Positions 30,326 through 45,300 of a DNA stretch of 64,000 bases are shown piece after piece (within the stretch, counting starts at the first letter, position 1; the number at the start of each line of letters is the position of its first letter). The DNA comes from a virus (Duplodnaviria > Caudoviricetes). The translations under genes and the position numbers were made by a program. Location of the stretch: IMG/VR virus record IMGVR_UViG_3300021254_000020, positions 192,001-256,000 of that record. One strand, given 5' to 3'. Under the pieces are notes generated by a model. The model searched no databases and had not been told where the DNA came from. It worked only from the letters and a program-made list of their open reading frames with translations.

Positions 30326-33300
30326 TTATTTAGGTTCTGATATCCAGTCTAGTGATTTTGCAATAGGAGTATAGGACTTACCGTTCAGCTCAGCCATATA
30401 CCCACTATTACCACCAAACACACTCATTCCAGGAACATTGGGAGTGGTTTGTTTAGTAGTTCCTTGTCCATTAGCAACGATAGCCTTAAGGATACCTTCT
30501 AATAGACTATTAGTTTTCTTCTGTTCTTCTAGCAACTCAGTAAAGTTAGTAGGAGCTTCTGCTACCTTCTGGGTAGCTGTAGTTCTCACAGGAACTCTGC
30601 TTGCTCCAGTAACCTTGTTTACTGTTGTAGAAGTATTAGTAGTGTCTTCTTCACTAGTTCCGCTAGATTCATCTCCTATAATCATCGATGTATTAGACGT
30701 TTGACTCTTAGCTGTGTTACCAAGATTTATAGCCTCCTGCATAGATGCTCTAGTAGGATTGAAAATGTTAGCAATATTATTGAAGATTTGAGAGAATGGA
30801 TCCATAGGTCTACCAGTCTTTGCTGTAACTTTGGCTTTCTCTCTTGGAGTTAGTTTCTTGGTATACCTCTTATCTTTAGATAAAATATCAATAGCTTGCT
30901 CTTTGGTATAACCTTGTTTGAGTAGATAATCTACATCGTTCTTCGTATATGGTAAACCATTAGGACCTACTCCATATGGAGCAGTCTTGTCACCATCTTT
31001 TGAAGTTTTCTGAGTATACCTCTTATCTTTAGATAGAATATCGATAGCTTGCTCTTTGGTATAACCTTGTTTGAGTAGATAATCTACATCGTTCTTCGTA
31101 TATGGTAAACCATTAGGACCTACTCCATATGAAGCTTCTGTCTCAGTAACCTTGGCATTCCGATTAGCTCCAGAGAATATATCCCTTACAGTACCAGCAA
31201 TTCTATTGAACCATCCACCAATTCCTCTTTGCTTTTTGGCATCAGATTTTGAAGTTTTCTGAGTATACCTCTTATCTTTAGATAGAATATCGATAGCTTG
31301 CTCTTTGGTATATCCCTGTTTGAGTAGATAATCTACATCATTCTTAGTGTATGGTAAACCATTTGGACCTACTCCATATGGTGCCTGAGTAGTAGATTCT
31401 TCCCTCTTACCCCCAGAGAAGAAGTCTCTTACAGTACCCGCAATTCTATTGAACCATCCACCAATTCCTCTTTGCTTTTTGGCATCAGATTTTGGTTTGT
31501 CTTTAACAGCTTCTTCCTTCTTCTGTTCTGCATTAGCAGGATTTGGAGTAGGACCAGCCGCTTTCCCTAAGATTGTAGGATCAGAGAACTCTGTTGCCTT
31601 CTTCGCTTCTGGTTTGATAACCTGAGAAGGAGGAACAGGTTCTGCTTTTGGTACTGGAGGTACTGCAGCAGCAGTCTTAACTGGTTCTTGTACAGGCGTA
31701 GCCTGAGCAGCTGGAGCTTCCTTGATGAAGGCCTGTCTTCTCATCTTAGTAAGAGTAGATTCATATACTCCATTATTGGTCGGATTAGCACTAGGAACTG
31801 TAGGTTCTGCTTTGGGAACTTGAGGAACAGCGGCAGGTGTTGCTGATTTATTAATAAATGCCTGTTCTCTCATCTTAGCAAGATTCGACTTATATACTCC
31901 GTTATTTGCAGTATCAGATGTTGGAGTATTAGTAGCAGGAGATGCTGTCTGAGCTTGAGCTGCTGTACTAGCTGGTGCAATTGTAGGAGATACAGTAGTT
32001 CCAGGAAGGTTGCCAGTAGAGAATTTAGTATCTACGACACTAACTCCGTGCTGAGATAGAACCTGGGCTACTTTGCCAGCCAATTCTTTAGATTCTTGCT
32101 CTCCTTTAGGACCATGCTTAAAGAAGCCTTTCCATCTACCACCTTTAACGAAAGAACTATTAGAGAGAGTTACTCCGCATTGAGATTCTACGTCTCTAGT
32201 GATAGTTATTTTAGAAGCATCTCTAGGCATACCATCAGCAAAGATAGTGAATCCAAAGTATGCACCTCCACGACCAAACTTACCTCTACCATATTTTCCT
32301 TGCGGATATTCATTAGAGCTCGGATCATCGTAAGAATCAGCGTTATAATCATTAACGTGATAATTACCATTCTCAATCTCTTCTTGAACCCGTTCTGCAG
32401 AATCTGCCACCATGGAAGCACCATTTACGGCAACACCTAATGGATTAGTCATACCAGCAAGAGTCATTCCTGCGCTGACTAATGGGTCATCTAGAATAGC
32501 TTCGGCAGCAGGACCGGCAACAGCCTTGATTCCATTCTTTGCTTGATCCCAAGCTCCTCTACCGTATTTACCACGTCCGTATTTTCCTTGTCCTTGACTT
32601 CTTAAATACTGTACAGCTTCTGAAGTTGAGTAACCTTGGTTGACTAGATAATCGATATCATTCTTGCTAAATACAGTTCCGTTAGCATTGTTTTGCTTAA
32701 CGAAATCATGTTCTTGGCTATAAATATCTGCATTACCATTCTTATCAACTTTTCCTTCATCTCCTCCACTACTAGTAGCTACTGCATCTTCTTTCTTAGA
32801 TTCTGCAGCCGTATTGGAAGAAGCTGGGGTAGCAGGATTAGTAGTCTGAGGAACTGAAGCATTCTTTACTCCACCACTAGATGCTTTCTTAACGATATCG
32901 TCAAGTTTAGAGTATAGATTAGCTCCTGGACAAGAGGTTTCGTTTACCTCTTTATGACCAATAACATGTTTTCTATCTACTGGTATATTGTATTTCTTAC
33001 AAAGGTCTCTAATCAAATTGATGAGAGAGCCTATTTGAGCCTCTGTAGGTTGATACTCTTCGAAAGCACCACCTACATGAATACCAATAGAATCACTATT
33101 AGAACCTTGGGCATGAGAACCAACCATTTCTTCAGGACGTCCACGTTCAATAGAACCGTCTTTCCTTATAACGAAATGGTACCCAATCCCTGACCATCCA
33201 TTCTTTTGATGCCAACCATGAATAGTTTTGGCATCTGGATCTGTTTTATCATCTCCAGGACCGGTATGGTGTACTATGATTCTATTAGTAGCACTTCTCT

Positions 33301-36300
33301 TTTCCAATTCACCACTGAATGTGAGTCCAGTTTCTTTTACTCCAGCTAATGATGAACCAGCAGCTGCATTCGCTCCACCACTAGATCCACTATTACCAGA
33401 GCTATTAGGCGATCCGTATACGGCTCTCCAGATGGCACCTGCAGGACTGCTGGATATTTGTTTATCCAGTTCAGTTTTGAACCATCCCATCAGCCCAGCA
33501 TCTTTCTTAGCGGATGATCCAGAAGAACCATTTGTACCTCCAGAGAAGCTACTGTCTGAGCTTACACCTTGACCTTCCTTATCATAGAATTCTCTAGCAA
33601 ATACTGCTCTTCTTTGTTTCTTCTGAGCATCATCGGCAGAACGTTCGAACTGATCATGGAAGGTTATAGCAGCATCTTCAGGACTCTGGCTATCCATGGT
33701 AGCAAACATATCCTTTACGTTACCATCTTTGCCAGACAACATATAGTCTATCTGAGTCTTCCAGTCAGAGTCTTGAGTACCTTGTGATTTTGCAAAGTCT
33801 TTCAGTCTCTGCTGTCTATCATCAGAAGTCCACTGTGCTAAGCCATATCCAGTAACGCCATCAACAGGACAATTGTCGGACCCGTTGCTTGGATCATGAT
33901 TTTGAAGTCTATCTGAGTAGAGTGAGGATTCTGCCATGAAGTTACCAAGAATACCTGCAGTCGTCTGATTAGACAAACCTTTAGATTTCATGTAAGTCCA
34001 CAGCTTACCACCGTCATTGCCAGTAGACTTTTCTCTACCATATTTTCCTTGACCAAAAGCATATGTTCTTTCGGCTTTAGTTTCTCCGAAATTAGTAGTG
34101 GGTTTAAGTTGAGCAGAGATATCCTTGATAGGATCCATAGAATTGGCCATAGCCAAATCTTGCATCATAGTGGAATCTTGAGAACCTCTGCCATACTTTC
34201 CTTGACCAACTCCGGCATTGGAGCTACCAGCATCAGCATTCATTTCTGCTTGTGTTCTAGTTGTTGCATCATTAGATACTACACTATTACCACTACCAGT
34301 AGCAATGTATCCTTGTACGCTGGAATAGTGACCAGAAATGGAATCACCATGAACAATCTTGTTCTTACTTGAGGAGTTACCCCAATATCCACCTTGACCA
34401 TCTGCTATTATAACATGGCCATGATCATTACAGATACATACGTCTCCTTCAGCACCGCCTTGAGATGCATCCTTGAAGTATCCCTTATCTTTTGCCCACT
34501 GTTCAAGAGTAGGAACCCACATAAGAGTTACAGCTTTGGTATTATCTACACTAGGTGGAATATGGCTTGCTGCAGCCTTTACTTCCTCCTGGATAGGACT
34601 GCAGTCTTCCATATAGTCACCCAGTTTATGACCAGCCTTCTTCAGATATCTCTTAACAAATTCGGTGCAGCCATTATTTCCGTAACCAGTAGTGCCTTCC
34701 ATTGATTTAGCCCATTTACTTGCTTCAGCAATGTTTCCTCCACCAAATGAGCTATAAGGTCCACTAGAGGATGAAGATCCCGTTGAACCACCATTAGAAC
34801 CGAATGCATCATTACCGAATACATATCCTACCATTGATCCAGGGAGAAGTGCCTTTACAGCATCCCAGAATGCTCCAAGTAATCCACCATTTCCTCCTCC
34901 TCTACTGCTTCCACTAGCATTTCCTCCTTTGGAACCTGATCCTCCAGTCATACTAAGAGGTGCAGCATCGCTAGGACGATTTTCTTGTAATCTCTTTACA
35001 GCTTCTGGATCTCCTTTAATAATGCCTTCAATATTAGAAGCATATTGCCCTTCATCTGCAGTATAGTATCCACCTCTCTTAAGAGCAGCAGCCCATTCTG
35101 CAGGAGATTTTGCCTCAAGTAATCCTTCATCTTTATAACGAGGATAATACCAACTCATGTAGTTTACGAAAGATTGGTCATTATCGAAGAAGCTATGATG
35201 TCTATTATCCTCACCAGTTACAGTCCAAGTGTAATTATCTTGGGTTCTTGGATTATTAAATCCTGCATCACCCTCGGCTGATTTAACACCACCATAGTTA
35301 TGCTCTTTAGCCAGATCAGATTCAAAATGACCTGTCTCTAGGCTCATCTGTGCCCAAATCAATTCTGGAGGTAATTTAGTATTCTTAGAGATCTCGATAG
35401 CAATCTCTTCTGGATTCATGAAGTCCTTACCACGGCCAAACCACCATGGATATTTTCCCTTACCCTTCATGAATGCTTTTCTTCTCATCTTAGTAAGATT
35501 AGAAGTGAATACACCTCTCTTATCTTTAGTACCTTTACTAAGGGATACAGCATTGGTCATTCCATTAGAGATATCCTTAATTGGGTATTCTCTAACTTGG
35601 CTTTCCTCAGAATCGTATACCTTAGCATATCCAGGTTTGGATCCTTTTTCGAACTGTTCATAATGCATGCCAGGACCCCAAGGACCACCAGGCTTGTTAG
35701 ACTGACCCATACCGATTACTTTCTTACCACTATTAATGGCATTAGCAAATTCGGATTTGTTTACGTCTTTAGCCTCATATCCTCTAGAGGTTGCTGCTTT
35801 ATGAATGAATCCAGGATCTACACCATCATCCTTGTGTTTAAACCTCAAGGATTCTTTTACAAGAGAACCGATTCGTTTACCAGAAGGATCTTGGCCTTCT
35901 AGACCATTGAATGCATTCTCCAAAGAGTATGCAGCGCATGCTGAACTACTTACAGTTTCTTTAGAAGTATCTTGAGATGTATTGAATCTTTTGTTAGCGA
36001 GAGGGCCTACGTCCTGTCTAGCTATAGGTCTTTGATCTTTAGCTATAGGAGCAGATTCCTGAGCAGATTTGAACTCAGACTTGATTTTCTCTTGTGCAGC
36101 TTGCTTAGCTTTGACTACAGTCAAGGAATCATTCTGTTTATCAATCTTATTATACTCAGGTACCGCTTTGGTCGGCTTAGATACTGGTTCTGCTGTAACA
36201 GGTTTGGATTCTGCAATCTTGGCTTCAGCTTTAGCTTTCTCTTGGGCAGCTTGCTTAGCTTTGATTACAGTAATAGAATCATTTTGCGGATCAATCTTAT

Positions 36301-39300
36301 TATAATCCGGAGTTGCTGGAGTAGGCTTAGATACTGGTTCTGGAGTAGTCGGCTTAGATGTTTGCTCTGCTACAATAGGCTTAGATACTGGTTCTGCTGT
36401 AACAGGTTTGGATTCTGCAATCTTGGCTTCAGCTTTAGCTTTCTCTTGGGCAGCTTGCTTAGCTTTGATTACAGTAATAGAATCATTTTGCGGATCAATC
36501 TTATTATAATCCGGAACTTCTTCTCCTCTACCAAACTTACCATTACCGAACTTGCCACCGTGGGTATCTTTATTCTTATCATTACCCCAGAAACTATCCC
36601 ATTTCTCGCTAGCCCAGTCTAATCCACGTCTTACAAGAGACTTACCTTGAGGCTTGTCGTTTCCTTGCATCTTATTGACTGCATCTTCGCCAGCCTTCTT
36701 AGTAATAGCTACCTGTTCAGAAATGGATTTCTTATGCATTTCCTCATACTTCTTTTTATCGAAGTTAGGATCATCCTTGTGTTTCTCTGCGGTAGTCTTG
36801 ACTCTCTGGTCAATATCTTTTCTTACACTGTCAGAGATATTCTTATCCCAGTCTCCATCTTTACGATGAGCAGTCTGTTGCTGTTGTAGATAATCATTCT
36901 GCTTGGCTACGAGTTTATCGTCAGCCATATCTTTGGTGAGCTTATCATCCTTCTCTTTCTGCTTTCTGAGTTTGCGAAGATCTTCTGCACCAAAGTCGAA
37001 TGCATCACATACCTTCATAGCAATATCTACCCACGTTTTAGCAGGAACTAATCCAAATATAGGAGCTGCTGTAATTACGCCAAGGATTGCGGCAAATGCC
37101 TTCATTCCTAAAGTAGCAGTACCAGGAGGAATACTGAGTATCTCTTCAGTATGAACCAAACCTTCATATACACCAGAAGCTACGAAAGCAGCTGTAAGTA
37201 CCCAACCAATAACTGGGATGAATCTCGAAGCTTGTTGAGCAACCTTCTTCTTGACAGTTTCAAAGGTTTGTTTAGAAAGAATATGTTTCTCGAATGCATC
37301 GCATAATACATTAATACCTTTCTTCCACTTATCACCACCAGGAATATATTTAGCTGCTCCATCTCTAATATATCCTATTACTTCCTTGATCTTAGTTATA
37401 AGACCTTTATTCTCCGCCACTTCTTCAGCAGCCTTTGCTGCATCTTTAATGCCGGTTTTAGCAGTAGTTGCAATATTAGATGCTTTAGACGTTATTACAT
37501 CTTTAGCGTCTTTGAAAGTCTTAGATGTTTTCTCCATGAAAGAAGTACTACTCTTTGCTGCATCTGCTGCAGCCTTCTCGCCAGCTTGTACTGCTTTTGT
37601 AGCATCCTTTGCTGTTTCAGCAGCTTTAGTAGCTGTCTTTCCAGCCGCTTTTTCTGCAGCACCAATAATACTCTTAGACTTATTGGTCAATTTAGAGATA
37701 TCATTATTTAAGGTCTTCATCTCTGCATTTAGCTTCCTGGCCTTAGATTTAGATGTAGCAGGATCCTTGAGCTCTTTCTCTATTTCTGCTTTTCTAACTT
37801 CTTTTGCCTTTATCTGCTCGGTAGCTTTATCTAGTTTATCAAGTTGCTCTGGAGAAATCTTGGCTCTAACGTCATCTGGTATTGATGAAGGAGCGGCTCC
37901 TTTCTTTCTCCAATCCATGTAAGTAGATACACCAGCAATACCAGTGTCAATAACCATGTCGGATACTGAGAAGTCTCCTCCCATGGCCATACCACCAGCT
38001 TGACCACCGATAACTGCACCTAGGATTCTGCTCTTCCAACCTCCTCCTAATCTAGCACCTAGCATTTCGCCTGCTTTAGCACCAACGATGTTACCACCGA
38101 GTTGCTTAATAGAATTCTTAGCTTCGTCCTCAGCACCCTCATCAGTGTTCATAATATAACTTCCACCGATGACACCAGTTCCTACAGCTGCTGCTTTGCC
38201 CCAAGTACCAAGGTGGCTAGCAGCCTCTCCTACTTTACGAATACCTTTAGCTATACCTTGCTTGGAGAATACTTTAATGCCTTCTTTTTCAGCAAAGTCT
38301 TGAGCTAGTTTACGTTGAGCAGCTTCAGGAGTCATACCTTTCTTAACTAGGTCCTTCACTCCCTTTTGGAATTCAGGTTTGGAATTATATTTATTTACTA
38401 AGTCTTGAACTGCATTATCTGCATATCTATTTGCTTTGTCTATACCCCAGTTAAAGGCTTTATTAGAAGCATACGTCAAACCTACGTTCTTGGCAAACCC
38501 AAGACCAGCATCTGCTGCTCCTTCATAGTCTCCATCAGCGAATTTATATGCTGTAGCTAAACCGCCAGATACCAATGAATGTTTAAATGAACCCTCTGGA
38601 GCTTTTGTCCACAATCTAGCAGCCTTATCAGAAGCTACGCTGATAGCTAATGATCTTCCACCAGACTTGAGAGTATCCCCAGCTGACGACAGAGTTTCGT
38701 CATTCTTAGTCCTAGCATTACTATTACCCTTTTCGTCTTCTCCAAGACGTTTGCCATGATTGAGTCGACGTACTCGTTCCAACCAATTGAGAATTTCTTC
38801 AGGTTTCTTACCAGCTGCCATATAGGCATCACACTGTGCTTGTTCCTTATATGATAACTCACCGAACTTATCATATGCTTCAGGATATGCTCTAATATTA
38901 AATAGAGTATCTCCTTTAATATGCTGAGCTCTCTCGCTATTATCATATACTGCCTTGGCAGCAGAACCGATACCTAATGCACCAGCTCCGATTGCTAAAG
39001 CTTTACCTAACTTACCAAACTTTGGTAATCCTTTAACAATGGCATTACCTACACCAGTAGTACTACCTTTTCTCCAGCCATTAAGTCCAGCCAAAGCTGC
39101 ACCACCAGCAGTAACACCAAGGGTGGAGAGAATGGGATGATCTTTGAATGTCTCCCAAGCTTTTCCAAATGGAGTTAAGAAGTTATCTACTGTTTTACCG
39201 ATAAAGCCTTTATTTTCGTAGTCTTTACCAGTAATATCGTCATAAATACCAGATGCAGATACAGAATCATCTTTTCTCTTACCTGGTTTGGCTTTTTGAG

Positions 39301-42300
39301 CTTCCTTCTTATCCTCATTATCTTTGTCTGAGCTAGAAGATGCGCTTGCCTCTGCTTTAGCATCATCATAGAGATTATACCCTAAGAATGCAGCTGCTAA
39401 TGCGAGTACCTTACCAACTTTAGAACCAAATATGGTTTTGATCACGCCCTTAACAAGACCACCAGATTTGGCTCCAGCCTTAGCACCTGCTTTTGCACCA
39501 GCTTTAGCAGTATCTTCAGCCGCTTCTGCTCCAAGCTTTCCAGCTAACTTACCAAATGTATTTTTAATCGGACCTAGAACTGCTAAGAACAATGGACCAA
39601 TAAATGGAAGAGCTCCTAACGAATCTACAAGTCCTCCTAACACTTTAAAAGGCAATCCGGCTAATCCAAGTAGGCTGTCTAATAAACCGCCTCCAGCAGC
39701 TTTTGCTGCTCCTTTAACCTTCTTACCTGCATTACCCAACTTATTGGAGATCTTTTCTAGAGCGGTTAGAGATCTTTCTTTTCTATCTATATCCGCCTGC
39801 TCCTTGGCATCTACCTCAGAGTTGTCTTTGGTATGTGCCGCCATCATCCCACCATCTGTAGAGGATGTTGTGAAAGTCTTCGGTCCATATGCTGTTGGGA
39901 TAATCATGGTTTCACCACGTTTGAGTGGTGCACTCATAGCCGAACCCATGACAGTATTGCCACTATGTATAGCTCCTATGGCAGCTCCTGCAGCCGTCGC
40001 TGCGTCTGAGGAAATACCACCAGCGGTGTCCTGTTCAGCATCTGCGCTGTTGGACTCGTCTTTCTTTTCTTTCTCTTTTTCTTCTTCGTCGTCATCTCCA
40101 CCAAAGAGAGACCCTAATAATGTGCCACCAAATAGACCTTTGGCTACACCTTTCCAACCACCTTTTTCAAATGCTTTTGCACCTGTAGATATAGCTTTAC
40201 CCCAAGCATGTTGAGGCATACCCTTAGCTTTTCTAAGCTCTTTACGTAGACTCCTCTTTTCTTTCTTAGAAAGATTAGGATCCTTTAATTTCTCTTCTAG
40301 CTCTGATATCTTTCCAGATACATCGTTTTCTTCTAGTTCCTTGGCTCGTTTTTGAGCACTTGTCATCGAGTCTTCAGCAAGCATTTCTCTGCTGCTGCCT
40401 ATCAGTTCTTTGAATTTGCTTAATCCATCTTCTACATTTAATTCTTTATTATAGATAGCCTCAGCAATTTCATATGTTTCTTCAGGGTGATACATAGCTG
40501 CTATAATCATAGACTCTACATTATCACCGAGCATAGTTGATACTTTCTCGATTATTTTATCACCGACGGTAGCATTCCATGCTTTTCTACCGTACAATGC
40601 ACCAAGATCTTGGCTAAATTGAGGAGATGTAGCAATAGCATAACCAGTTCTACCAGCTGCTGCTAGATTAGAACCTAGTTTCATTCTACCAGTAGCTTTA
40701 TCTGCTCCCCAGATACCTATATCAAGAGCCTTATTAGCAGCCCACTTAGATAATCCAAGAGCTTTCTTTCCTACGGTTTGAGCAGCACCAACAACTCCAT
40801 TATATTTACCAGTAAGAGCACCAATCTCAGCATTAGTAGTACCATTAGTAATAGCATCGAATTCTAAACCACTCATACCACCTTGTTTATACTGGTTCTT
40901 AATAGAATTACGATCTTCAGTACTCTTAGTAATACTATTCTGGAATACATGGTAGTTTGGATTTTTAGGATTGCTATATTCATCAACCCAACTGAAAGAG
41001 CTATCCAATCCTGCCTTATAAGCAAGACCTTCTCTATGCTCTCCTTCAGTCCACAGTTTCTGAATCTCATCAGCTATCATCTGCTGACCAATAGTGGTTA
41101 CACTACCATCTTCAAGAGTAACTTGAGCAGCAGCGAACTTGATCATGTTCTGAGCAACAGCAGGTTCTAGATCTTTAAAGATGGAGAAATCTTTTACTGG
41201 AATTTGCATCTTGACAAATTCAACAGCAGTCTTGAATCCATCATCATTCAGCTCAGCGATATCCTTATACTGATCTGGATCTATCTGCAAACCAAGAATA
41301 GTAAGATCAGCTATTCTGCTGAATGCCTGACCTGTCGGGTCTAACTTAAATAGTTTATCGAAGTCTTCAACAATAGCAGTATTTCCTCTCTCCAAGGCTT
41401 TATTGAGCTGAATAAATGATTCACCGAATTTATTACGATGCTTACTATTAAGCACATAATCTCCAGCTTCTTCTGTAAGTCCTTGGACTGTTTGGAAGGC
41501 ATTTACTCCATGTAACTTGTCAATATTGGCATTATATTCTGCATTGGTTGATTCCTGACCTCTTCTTAGACCTTCATTCAAATATGCTGAACTCTTCTGT
41601 TTAGCATAAGAAATGCCTCTCATATCTTTTACTAAATCTAGAGACTTAGCAAACTTAGTAGGATTCTCTCCTCTAAGAGTAGCAGTAAGATAATTAAGAG
41701 CATCAGTGTTCTCGGCAGTAGCCTGCATTTCCTTAACCTTCAATTCCAAATCTTTTTCAGGATCGAACATTGAAGCATCCATTACTCCGCCAGCCTTGGC
41801 TATATCTTCGGCATATCTACCTTTTACTTTGTCTCTATTAGCATTCTCATTCTCTAATAGTTCAGCAAGGTTTGGAAGCATCTTGATGAGATCATCTTCA
41901 TCAATACTATTATTGAAGTATTTCTCTCTTATTCTTTTAAGAGATTTTTTAACTACTTCAGAGTCGCCGTCTTCTCTCCATTTTCTTCCTTCTCTGATTC
42001 CAGCAAAGGATTCATTCGAAGATTTGAAAAGCTCCTCTAATTCTTTTCTATCCTGAATACTAAAGTTGGAATTCCTCATGATACGTTCGAGTTCATCACC
42101 AACATTTATTTTCTCACTGTCATCTCCACTTCTCAGTTTCTCAGCGAGATCCATAAGGTCAGAATGAACTAGAGTAGCATTTTCAGTATATTCAGGATTT
42201 TCCGTTATCTTACTAATAGTGCTTTGGAGATTAGAGAAGATCTCTCCCTCTTTTCTCTTACTAGCATTACCAGTTCCTTTATCATAAAACTCGGCTAAAG

Positions 42301-45300
42301 CTCTAAGATTCTTGGCTTCATTAGTAACTTCATCACGTCCAAGATGCGAAATTACATCATAGCCAACTCCCATCTTATTATCTTTTATACCGCGTTCTTT
42401 TAACTCAGCAGATAGTTCGGCAGCTGATTTATCAGTGATTTCAGCATTTCCTAATTGAGCACTTCTTAGTCTATTACCAAATCCTTCAACTAAGCTAGCA
42501 ACTCCACCTACAGCTCTACCTACTGTATTTTGTGCTACCCACTTACCAAATCCACCTGCTTTTCTTACACCACCAAAAGTGAAGTCTAAGATCTTCTCCA
42601 TAGTAGATCCACCGGAGCCTCTTAGTACTCCTTCAATAGTGTCTAGTACGGATTTAGATCCCTTCTTAAGAATATTCTTCACTTCATCGGCTACTGGTTT
42701 GAGACCTCTCCCTAATGGTTTAGTAACGTCATCTCTAAACCACTTACCGAAATCCTTCTTCATCTTATCCATATTTTTCTTGAGAGGATTAGTAATATGA
42801 CGTCTAATAGCACCAGCGAGGCCACCATGACGAACACCATTCTTATCCTTAGCACCAAGAAGGGTCTTCTTGAAGAGTTCAGTAGTAGATAGTAATCCTA
42901 GACCTGCTCCAAATACAGCATTTCCTAACAGACCGAATGGGCCTAAGAAGAATGTGGATAATACGCCAGCAGCGATATTCGGGAAGGCTTTCTTGATAGC
43001 TTGCTTTCTATCCTTGTTCAGCAATCCACCCTTATCACCAAAGATGAATTTATTAGCTGATTCATTATTCTTGATATAGGAGCCAGCTATACCCATCATT
43101 AACCCACCAAGTGGACCAAATCCAGTTACAGCTCCTAGTAATGTACCAGCTATACCATATTTCTTAGCGTCAGGAACATACTTCTCTAGAGACTTAACAA
43201 ACTTGGCAGAGATTAGACCATTCTCTTTTCTCTCACCAGTCTTATTACCATTAGCATCTACAATCTCTTCACCAAACATATAATCCATAAAGGATTTATT
43301 GTTAGATAAGAGAGACACTGCAGCACCAGCAGCTGCACCAAATAAAGGACCTCCCAATGGGAATACAGTCCCTAAGAGAGCACCAGCCATACCACCCTTC
43401 ATCAGCTCAGGAGTATTATGAATAATATACTTCTTAGTCTCCTCTAAAGCTTTAGCAGGGTCGGTACCTGTAGCTTGAAGAGCAAACTGCTGCATACCAT
43501 TAGCAATACCAGTCTGACGTGAGTAGTCTTGGTTAAGCATCTCTTCATTAGAATCAAGTTTACCTTCATATCCTCCAGCTCTTATTGCTTTTTCAGCAAA
43601 TCTCTGAAGATTTGGATTGTTTCTTATAGCAGGAGAATGCCATACGTATTGAAGAGCATTATTAAGCATCTCCTTATCATCAGGAGTGAGGTCTAGCTTA
43701 TTTATAAACCCTCCAGCTTTGCCTCCAGCATAATCTGCTACAAGATCGATAGCTAGATTAGGATCTAATCCATATTTCTGCAATAGACTTTGAACAGGAC
43801 TAATAGCACCAGCCAATTCATCTGGGGAGATCTTCTTGAATAAATACGATACAAGATTCTCTTTACCTTCTGCAAATCCAGGGAGGTTCTTACTATATCC
43901 ATCTCCATTAGATCCACTTATTCTACTAGTGATTCTATTCCGTATTCTATTCTCATTCTGATAATCAGCCATAGGATTAGCACTCATTCGGCTAGGATTC
44001 CAAGGATTCTGATCAGATGGAATAACTACAGAATCATCATCAATAGTGGTAACACCACTCTTAGTGACATTAGTGGTTCCACTACCATCAGAATTGAAGA
44101 CAGCTTCTCCCTTAGATACTATTGCCGGAAATTGGCCAAATGCTCTACCAGGGATATTGGATTCTCCTTCAGTTTCAGGAGCTTCTTCCTTATTCTGCTG
44201 ATTGAATTTACCTTCTTTGATATCAGTATAGGTACCCTTTATTGAGTTCTTTACATCATCAAGTATAGACTTAGCTGAATTTTTTGCATTGTTTCCAAAG
44301 AAGGATAGCTTATCTTTAGCCTTAGCAGTGAAGTCATCAATATCTAAGTTAAAGTTGTCTTTAACAAAGCCTTTAGCTTGTCCCCACCACTTACCTTTAT
44401 TATCATTAATCTTATTAGCAACGTCTGATATAGCATCGCTCAGAGTGATACCAGCTTTATCCATTTCGTGTATCATCTTACCAAAGAAGCCTTTGATTGG
44501 TTTGCCATCGGAACCAATTTCATCGGTATCTTTGCCAAAGAGCAGTTCATACATCATTTGGTCTGCACTAGTGAGAACTGATGTGAACATTGCTCTAGGA
44601 GATGCTAATAACTTATTTATATTAGCTGAGATTACTCCCATCTTATCTCCTAATGTACCTGCAGCTGCTAATTGTTTGAAGAATGGATCTTTAGCATTGA
44701 CTCCTTTAATCTTATTGAGCTTTTTATTAATCTCATCAACGCTAACGTCAGAACCTAGAATAGAATCAGTAATACTAGTATCGTATTCCATCTGGTAGTC
44801 TCTAGGACCTTTTTGGGCTTTTTCCCAATTTCTATTCATTTCGGTTCTAAAAGTATTGAACTCATCAGATCCTTGTTTGTGTAGTACGTTATCAATATTA
44901 CCGACATTCATGCTAGTACGAGCATTATTTTTAATGCCATATTCTCTAGCATTTAATACGTCATAGGTAGCATTACGTACTATTGCCCCTTCTCTGGTAA
45001 GAGTGTATTTATCTAAAGCACCGACGCTATCTAATAGATGAAGCATCCTAGAATATTCGTCGTCTCCATTACCTCCGCCGTCACCATCTCCGCCATCATC
45101 GTCCCCTCCTGATGAGGATCCTCCACCCCCACCATTTGGTCTATTATTTCTCTTCCCTTTCTTACGTTTACCTTTACCAGGTTTGCCAAGACTTCTAGTA
45201 TCTCTGATTTGGCATAGTACATCATATATCCTAGATTGCCAATCTAACAAACTCATTTCATTTCTATTACGAGAATTAACGATATTATCAGTTTGCCTAA

